Shown here piece by piece: positions 58,682-64,000 of a stretch of 64,000 bases of DNA. A program made the position numbers and the translations under genes. The DNA is from an uncultured Flavobacteriales bacterium (GTDB taxonomy: Bacteria > Bacteroidota > Bacteroidia > Flavobacteriales_G > Salibacteraceae), in the NCBI GenBank assembly GCA_943788145.1, contig CALSPD010000007.1:30587-94586 (forward strand), given 5' to 3'. How positions within the stretch are numbered: position 1 is the first letter of the stretch; every line of letters starts with the position of its first letter. Under the pieces are notes generated by a model. That model did no database searches, was not told where the DNA came from, and was given only the letters and a program-made list of their open reading frames with translations.

Positions 58682-60508
58682 TTACCCCAAATTATCAATA
58701 GGAACCCGAACGTTGGCAATAGTTCCATGAGGCTGACCGCCTTCGTAATTAACTTCACCATTCACAGCACTCGCTCGGCTAAAAATATTGCTCAATCCAA
58801 TGCCACTTTGCTTTTGCTTATCCTCCAGTTTGAAGCCTTGGCCATCATCTTCCACGTGTAAAATGAGATGCGATTTTGTTTTGTAAAGCTGTATTGTGCA
58901 CGATTCGGCTTTACTGTGCTTAAGAATGTTGTTGACCAACTCTTGTGCAATCCTATAAACACCAATTTCAATGCTTGGCTTAAATCGACCTTCCCCAATT
59001 CCGAAATGCTCGAAAGTGTACTTCATTTCAGATTGGCCAATGGTCTTATTTAGCATGTCATCCAAAGCCGAGACTAATCCCGTTTCTGTCAATGCGCGCG
59101 GCATCATTTGATGACTAATATTTCTTGCCTCCACAGCTGCTTCATCTACCATCGCCACTTTCTCTGTCAACTCTTTTTCCGCGCTTTCTTCAAGCTTAGA
59201 CTTTCGCATAAACAGCTGCAATCCAATTTTAATTGCGGCCAGCGATTGTACTAAACCATCGTGTAAGTCCTTCGCAATGCGTTGTCGCTCTTGCTCTTCG
59301 GCAATGATGGTTGCATCAATGAGTTTTTTGCGAAATTCTAGTTCTTTCGATGCTGTTTCCGAATCGTGTTTGCGTTTTCGCTGAACATAGATAAACGCGC
59401 TAAAACTCGCTAAAATGAAAAACCCTAAGACCAAGCCAATTATCCAGCTTCGATGCTGGGTTATGGCTAATTCGGATTGTGCGTTTTTCTGTCCCAACAT
59501 GGCGATGGATTTCTCCTTTTCCACCATATCAAATTTTGTTTGCAGCGCGTTTAACTGCTCCAGTCGCTTTTCATTGAGCATCCTGTCTTGTGCATCCCGC
59601 GACTTGGTAAAGTTTTCTAGGGCCAGCTTGTAATCGCCTATTTCAATGTAATAATCGGCTAGCCCAGTATATGCTTGGGTCAAAAGATCGTTCGAACCTG
59701 TCGAGATGGCTATTTCCAGTCCACGATCAAAAAACTCTTTCGATTCTGCCACTTGCCCCATACTGATTTTACTCCATCCCATGTTCGAATAGAGGCGGCT
59801 CATTTCAGATGAATCTTTTAGCGCAATAGCTTTTGACAAACCCAGTTTAAAATGCTCATGGGCTAAGGCAAAATCCCCTCCGTAATAAGCCGCGTTGGCA
59901 ACATTGTTATGAGACCAAAGCATACCTTGTTCATGTCCGATATGTTCATATACTTTTAAAGCCTTTTCAAAGTTATAACCACTTGAATACCAGTGCTGTA
60001 CATCCAATTGAAGGTTACCAAGGCTTGTATAAAAATTTGCAAAAAAATCCGTTTCCTTGGTTTGATCTAGATAGACTATACTTTGCTTTTGATAGGCCCG
60101 CGCCTTTGGATAATCCTTTATCGAAGCAGCAATTATTCCCATATTATTATAGGCTTTCAGCAAAAAGGTAGTGTCGTTTAAAGCAACAAAAAGCTCTGCC
60201 GCTTCTTTATAAAACAAGAGAGCCGTATCAAGTTTCGCCTGGTAATGAAAGGCCATACCCTTGCTGAATAAACCTTGCGCAACTCCTAGATCATTTTCAA
60301 TGCTTTGAAACTCCACAATGGCACTATCAAATAGCAATACTGCCGACTCGTATCTTAACTTATATCGTTCTGTCGAGCCTTTGGCAAGTAAGCATTGCGC
60401 ATGAATGAAGGGATAACTTTTATGGGATAGTTTCAGGCATTCTTCACAATAAATGTCAGCTTCATCCACCTTGCGATTATGAGCTAAAATTGCTGCAATT
60501 CTTCGCAA
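58682..60508 (-). CDS. TPR-HisKA_3 sensor histidine kinase 3, C-terminal fragment (frameshifted)
   Basis: Same architecture as kinase 2, and the catalytic half is very similar (ELVNNILKHSKAESCTIQLYKTKSHLILHVEDDGQGF...). TTG pseudo-start. Confidence 0.85.
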   Translation of the reverse strand: MRRIAAILAHNRKVDEADIYCEECLKLSHKSYPFIHAQCLLAKGSTERYKLRYESAVLLFDSAIVEFQSIENDLGVAQGLFSKGMAFHYQAKLDTALLFYKEAAELFVALNDTTFLLKAYNNMGIIAASIKDYPKARAYQKQSIVYLDQTKETDFFANFYTSLGNLQLDVQHWYSSGYNFEKALKVYEHIGHEQGMLWSHNNVANAAYYGGDFALAHEHFKLGLSKAIALKDSSEMSRLYSNMGWSKISMGQVAESKEFFDRGLEIAISTGSNDLLTQAYTGLADYYIEIGDYKLALENFTKSRDAQDRMLNEKRLEQLNALQTKFDMVEKEKSIAMLGQKNAQSELAITQHRSWIIGLVLGFFILASFSAFIYVQRKRKHDSETASKELEFRKKLIDATIIAEEQERQRIAKDLHDGLVQSLAAIKIGLQLFMRKSKLEESAEKELTEKVAMVDEAAVEARNISHQMMPRALTETGLVSALDDMLNKTIGQSEMKYTFEHFGIGEGRFKPSIEIGVYRIAQELVNNILKHSKAESCTIQLYKTKSHLILHVEDDGQGFKLEDKQKQSGIGLSNIFSRASAVNGEVNYEGGQPHGTIANVRVPIDNLG

Positions 60509-60792
60509 GCGAGCATACGGCCGAAATCGTTTCCTGATGCCTTAAATTCTGTTTCCGATTTTCTGAAGGCTTCCAACTGACGTTCCGATCCATTGCCATC
60601 CGCATCAGTCAGCAAGGCCTCAACGTATAATAGCCATTCGCCTGATATCCGATTCTGTAGTACGATCCAGTCCGATTTTGGTGCATCCGCTTGTTCCAAG
60701 TTTAGCACCTCCTTGCCTACATTTTCCGCTACAGAGTTGGAGCTAAAAAAGCCTATTACGAAAAGCCATATAACCGCAACGCGAAGAAACAT
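60484..60792 (-). CDS. Kinase 3, N-terminal fragment (signal peptide)
   Basis: MFLRVAVIWLFVIGFFSSNSVA... It overlaps the downstream fragment by 25 nt in another frame. Confidence 0.6.
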   Translation of the reverse strand: MFLRVAVIWLFVIGFFSSNSVAENVGKEVLNLEQADAPKSDWIVLQNRISGEWLLYVEALLTDADGNGSERQLEAFRKSETEFKASGNDFGRMLACEELQQF

Positions 60793-60797
60793 CGGAT

Positions 60798-61874
60798 CTA
60801 TAAAGGGATATTTCCGTGCTTTTTTCTCGGCAAGTTGGCCACTTTGTTTTCGAGCATTTCAAAGGCTCGAATCAGCTTTTCGCGAGTCTGTTCTGGTCGG
60901 ATCACCTCATCTATATAACCTCGCGCAGCGGCATTGTAAGGATTGGCAAACAACTCAGCATATTCTTGTTCCTTTTCTTTCCACTTCGCATCGCGATCAG
61001 AAGATTCATTGATCTCTTTTTTGAAAATAATTTCAGCTGCGCCTTTGGCACCCATCACCGCAATTTCCGCTGTAGGCCATGCAAAATTCATATCGGCTCC
61101 AATATGTTTTGAGTTCATCACATCATACGCGCCTCCGTAGGCCTTGCGTGTAATGACTGTAACACGTGGTACGGTCGCTTCGCTGAATGCATAAAGCAAT
61201 TTGGCTCCGTTTGTGATGATGGCGTTCCATTCTTGATCGGTTCCTGGAAGGAAGCCTGGTACATCTTCAAACACGAGCAATGGAATATTGAAACAATCAC
61301 AAAAACGAACGAATCTTGCACCTTTTTTGGACGAATTCACATCCAATACGCCCGCAAGAACGGATGGCTGATTTGCCACGACACCTATACTTCTACCCGC
61401 AATTCTAGCAAAACCAACTACGATGTTTTCCGCGTAATCTTTATGAACTTCAAAGAAGGTTTCCCCGTCAACTACACCGTCAATTACCGTTCGGATATCG
61501 TAAGGTTGATTTGGGTTTTCTGGAATAATGGTATTTAAATCAGGTCGACTTTCATTCCCTTTCTCATACGCCAATCTAGGCGCCTCATCTTCGCAATTGG
61601 AAGGCATAAAACTCAGCAACCGCTTAACGTTCTCAATGGCTTCCACTTCGTTTGCACATGCAAAATGGGTAACGCCCGACTTTGACGCATGCGTTTCTGC
61701 TCCTCCTAAGGCTTCAGAAGTAACATCTTCATTGGTAACCGTTTTAACCACATTTGGACCTGTTACAAACATGTAACTGGTGTGCTCGACCATCAAAATA
61801 AAATCGGTCAAAGCAGGCGAATAAACGGCTCCACCAGCACATGGTCCAAGGATAGCGCTGATTTGCGGTATCAC
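60798..61874 (-). CDS. Acyl-CoA carboxylase carboxyltransferase (beta) subunit, C-terminal fragment
   Basis: [24 protein letters not shown]... through ...KKHGNIPL is typical of the propionyl-CoA carboxylase beta / methylmalonyl-CoA carboxyltransferase family. Confidence 0.85.
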   Translation of the reverse strand: MIPQISAILGPCAGGAVYSPALTDFILMVEHTSYMFVTGPNVVKTVTNEDVTSEALGGAETHASKSGVTHFACANEVEAIENVKRLLSFMPSNCEDEAPRLAYEKGNESRPDLNTIIPENPNQPYDIRTVIDGVVDGETFFEVHKDYAENIVVGFARIAGRSIGVVANQPSVLAGVLDVNSSKKGARFVRFCDCFNIPLLVFEDVPGFLPGTDQEWNAIITNGAKLLYAFSEATVPRVTVITRKAYGGAYDVMNSKHIGADMNFAWPTAEIAVMGAKGAAEIIFKKEINESSDRDAKWKEKEQEYAELFANPYNAAARGYIDEVIRPEQTREKLIRAFEMLENKVANLPRKKHGNIPL

Positions 61875-62043
61875 CCCCGCTGCTCAGCGTGTTTCGATAA
61901 AAGATGTCGGCATAACCGCCCAAGGATACAACCCCTTCCTGAATACGCGCCCCGCCCGAATCGTTTAGTCCAACCACTGGCGCTCCGTTTTGCATGGCTA
62001 AATCCATAACCTTACAAATCTTCGAAGCGTGTGCTTCCGCCAA
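61744..62043 (-). CDS. Same carboxyltransferase, middle fragment
   Basis: [55 protein letters not shown]. The homologous reading actually spans about 61,877-62,131 between the two frameshift sites. Confidence 0.75.
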   Translation of the reverse strand: MAEAHASKICKVMDLAMQNGAPVVGLNDSGGARIQEGVVSLGGYADIFYRNTLSSGGDTANQRYPWTMCWWSRLFACFDRFYFDGRAHQLHVCNRSKCG

Positions 62044-62125
62044 TGAACCGCCTAAAACAGTGAAATCTTGTGAAAACGCATAGACAATTCGCCCTTCAAT
62101 TTTTCCATAACCCGTAACGACACCA

Positions 62126-62341
62126 TCACCTAAAAAACTGCTGTTTTTCGAGCCCGAAGTTGGTTGATCGGTGTTTCACCAGCATGCCAATTTCTTCGAA
62201 TGTTCCTTTGTCAAAAAGTAATTCTATGCGCTCTCTGGCGGTAAGCTTTCCTTTTGAATGTTGCGATGCGACACGCTTTTCGCCTCCTCCAAGTTTTGCC
62301 TCAGCAATTTTCGATTCGAGTAAGTCTAACTTTTTTTCCAT
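62126..62341 (-). CDS. Same carboxyltransferase, N-terminal fragment
   Basis: [52 protein letters not shown]... Confidence 0.75.
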   Translation of the reverse strand: MEKKLDLLESKIAEAKLGGGEKRVASQHSKGKLTARERIELLFDKGTFEEIGMLVKHRSTNFGLEKQQFFR

Positions 62342-62413
62342 GCGTTTAAATTGCGTTTTCTATTTGCAAATAAGGGTGGCAAAGTTATTCGCTGAACGCT
62401 GACAAAAAAGTAA

Positions 62414-62427
62414 ATCCCAATTGGGAT
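62414..62427. promoter_or_regulatory. Perfect 14-bp palindrome in the divergent intergenic region
   Basis: ATCCCAATTGGGAT lies between the carboxyltransferase start and the AraC-like gene start. Confidence 0.2.
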
Positions 62428-62574
62428 AACAGAAAGGGATTCACCGACACAAATCAAAAACCCGTGAATTATGTAACAATTAACAGTCATTGCGTAACAT
62501 CGGTCAGGGCAAAAGGTCGAACATTGCTTTACATTACCTGAAAAGCCGACCCACTGAAATTATTCATCAAATAC

Positions 62575-62757
62575 ATGGTGAGCACCCGTTGCAAAATGAT
62601 GGTGAAAGAAGAGTTAAAAAAACTCGGCCTTCACTTCATCTTGGTTGAGTTGGGCGAGGTGGAAATAATGGAAACACTTTCTCCAGAGCAAACAAAGCAA
62701 CTTAAAGTCAATGCTGTCCTAAATAATTTCAAACGAAGATCTAACCTCCTTATTTGA
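62575..62757 (+). pseudogene. 5' remnant of an AraC-family regulator gene, truncated by IS insertion
   Basis: MVSTRCKMMVKEELKKLGLHFILVELGEVEIMETLSPEQTKQLKV matches, from memory, the N-terminal domain of roughly 190-aa Flavobacteriia AraC-type regulators. After about codon 47 the sequence turns to junk and stops. No HTH domain follows. Confidence 0.5.
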
Positions 62758-64000
62758 TTGAATTAGGGCTAATATAGTAGCCAGTACTAAAAAAGAACCC
62801 CTTGGATACAATTTGGTGGTGCTTTTGAATGGTCATCAAAGGGCTTGTCAAGCCATTTTTGGAGTTCTATTTTGACGAAAATATTTAGCCTGATAAATGC
62901 AACCAGATTAGATAGCTGCCAACCATATTTTGCCGTTGCTTTCATCACTTTGAGTAGTAAAATAGTGATCAAAGCTGTCCATATTTGGATCATCACCGCG
63001 TTTTTAGACGTCCCTATAAAGGTTTTAATGTGTAGCAACTGTTTGATGTCTCTGAAAAACATCTCTATTTCCCATCTTGATTTATAAAGGTCTCCGATTG
63101 TTTTTGCGGCCCAGGCCAAATTGTTGGTGATCAGTTCTATGGTCTGCTTATTTTTTTCATCCCATACAGCCACTCGTCTGAGGCTTCCCTGATACTTTGC
63201 CTTGGTTTGCGGGTTGACTAACTCAATTTCTTGATCGATTAGGACGTTTTGAGCCGTATTCTGAGGTAAATCCCGTTCATTAAGAACGGTGTATTTTAAA
63301 TTATGCTTATGCCTAATGACAAAGAACACCCCGTTGCTGTCCCAAACGTTGAGCATAGGAAAGTCGTTGTAATATCTGTCAGCCACCACCACCGAACCTT
63401 TTTCTAAAGGGATATTATACGCTCCTTTATTGTCGGCCACACTTCCTTCTGTAATATTCACATAAACAGGTAGTTTACCATCATATTCTAACAGGGTGTG
63501 CATTTTAACAGCTCCTTTTTTAGTACGAAATGTAGCCCAATCAAACATCGAAAGGCACAAACTAATGACCGTTGCGTCCAACAAGTAGACAGGTACCTTG
63601 ATCTTCAGTTTGACTCGTTTCAAGGCAGCCTGCTGTCCTAAACTCTGTAGGAGAGAATAATAGAGTTCTTTGAATAAATCAGCGTCCCTTCGCTTATTTT
63701 GATAACTGATACTCGACTTCGATGGAGCTTTAATAATGCCCAAATGGTTGAGATTACCGGTGGCGGAGCGCAGCCCATTAGAAATATCTCGAACTGAGGT
63801 GCTCTTCGCAAAATGGCAGAAAAGCATGGAGACAAGGTGTGTCCAGCTATCAAAACCCTTACAACCCTTATCCGTCTGCTTTTGGGTTACTAATTTTTTG
63901 AAAATAGATCGATCAACCTTTTGGATGATCTGCGAAAACATTGTAATATTACCCATGAGTGAGGTTGTTTTTGGTGCAAACCCAAAATATACGTTTTGGG
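62715..64000 (-). mobile_element. IS4-family insertion sequence (partial; right end beyond the window)
   Basis: Contains the complete transposase gene. The left boundary is inferred only from where the AraC-like reading frame loses sense (about 62,710-62,720). Terminal inverted repeats cannot be verified because the other end is off-window. Confidence 0.55.
62787..63956 (-). CDS. IS4-family DDE transposase (DUF4372 N-terminal domain)
   Basis: MFSQIIQKVDRSIFKKLV...GFDSWTHLVSMLFCHFAKSTSVRDISNGL (DUF4372-like), DATVISL, VADRYYNDF, and YKSRWEIEMFFRDIKQ (the Y-R-E/K signature of IS4 DDE transposases). Confidence 0.9.
   Translation of the reverse strand: MGNITMFSQIIQKVDRSIFKKLVTQKQTDKGCKGFDSWTHLVSMLFCHFAKSTSVRDISNGLRSATGNLNHLGIIKAPSKSSISYQNKRRDADLFKELYYSLLQSLGQQAALKRVKLKIKVPVYLLDATVISLCLSMFDWATFRTKKGAVKMHTLLEYDGKLPVYVNITEGSVADNKGAYNIPLEKGSVVVADRYYNDFPMLNVWDSNGVFFVIRHKHNLKYTVLNERDLPQNTAQNVLIDQEIELVNPQTKAKYQGSLRRVAVWDEKNKQTIELITNNLAWAAKTIGDLYKSRWEIEMFFRDIKQLLHIKTFIGTSKNAVMIQIWTALITILLLKVMKATAKYGWQLSNLVAFIRLNIFVKIELQKWLDKPFDDHSKAPPNCIQGVLF

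Noticed and set aside
60593-61012. 139-aa plus-strand ORF across the kinase 3 / carboxyltransferase junction
   Set aside because: It is antisense to two recognisable genes, and its translation is low-complexity.

Overview
This looks like a chromosomal segment from a Bacteroidota (Flavobacteriia-like) genome. The evidence is type IX secretion (T9SS) sorting domains, a PorP/SprF gene, TAnnTTTG-type -7 promoter boxes, and a yceD-rpmF-plsX-fabH-accB-accC operon. All family calls come from reading motifs by eye; no HMM or BLAST search was possible.

Content:
- Housekeeping genes: lepA, metF, ribE, pdxA, dxs, purQ, purD, hemH, pabB-like, tilS and the fatty-acid genes.
- T9SS genes, about 42% of the window: one giant SprB-repeat adhesin (about 13.7 kb once a frameshift is repaired) with a cognate PorP/SprF gene, a 905-aa and a 1,588-aa type-B CTD protein, and two tandem FG-GAP/VCBS type-A CTD paralogues.
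- Left edge: a small toxin-antitoxin patch (a nonsense-mutated ParE/RelE remnant plus hicAB) next to tRNA-Gln(UUG).
- Right part: three tandem TPR-HisKA_3 sensor kinases with an embedded small ORF of unknown function, a doubly frameshifted acyl-CoA carboxyltransferase gene, and an IS4-family element that appears to truncate an AraC-like regulator.

Six single-base indels break five genes, and four of them cluster in 56.2-62.2 kb beside the IS. This is either local gene decay or assembly error, and it must be resolved before any biological interpretation.

I see no CRISPR array, reverse transcriptase, phage genes or recognisable defence operon. The best candidates for something undescribed are:
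- the kinase triplet with its embedded ORF;
- the two NIDO-like modules and a unique roughly 200-aa insert inside the giant adhesin;
- the 738-aa polytopic membrane protein divergent from an orphan LuxR-type response regulator.
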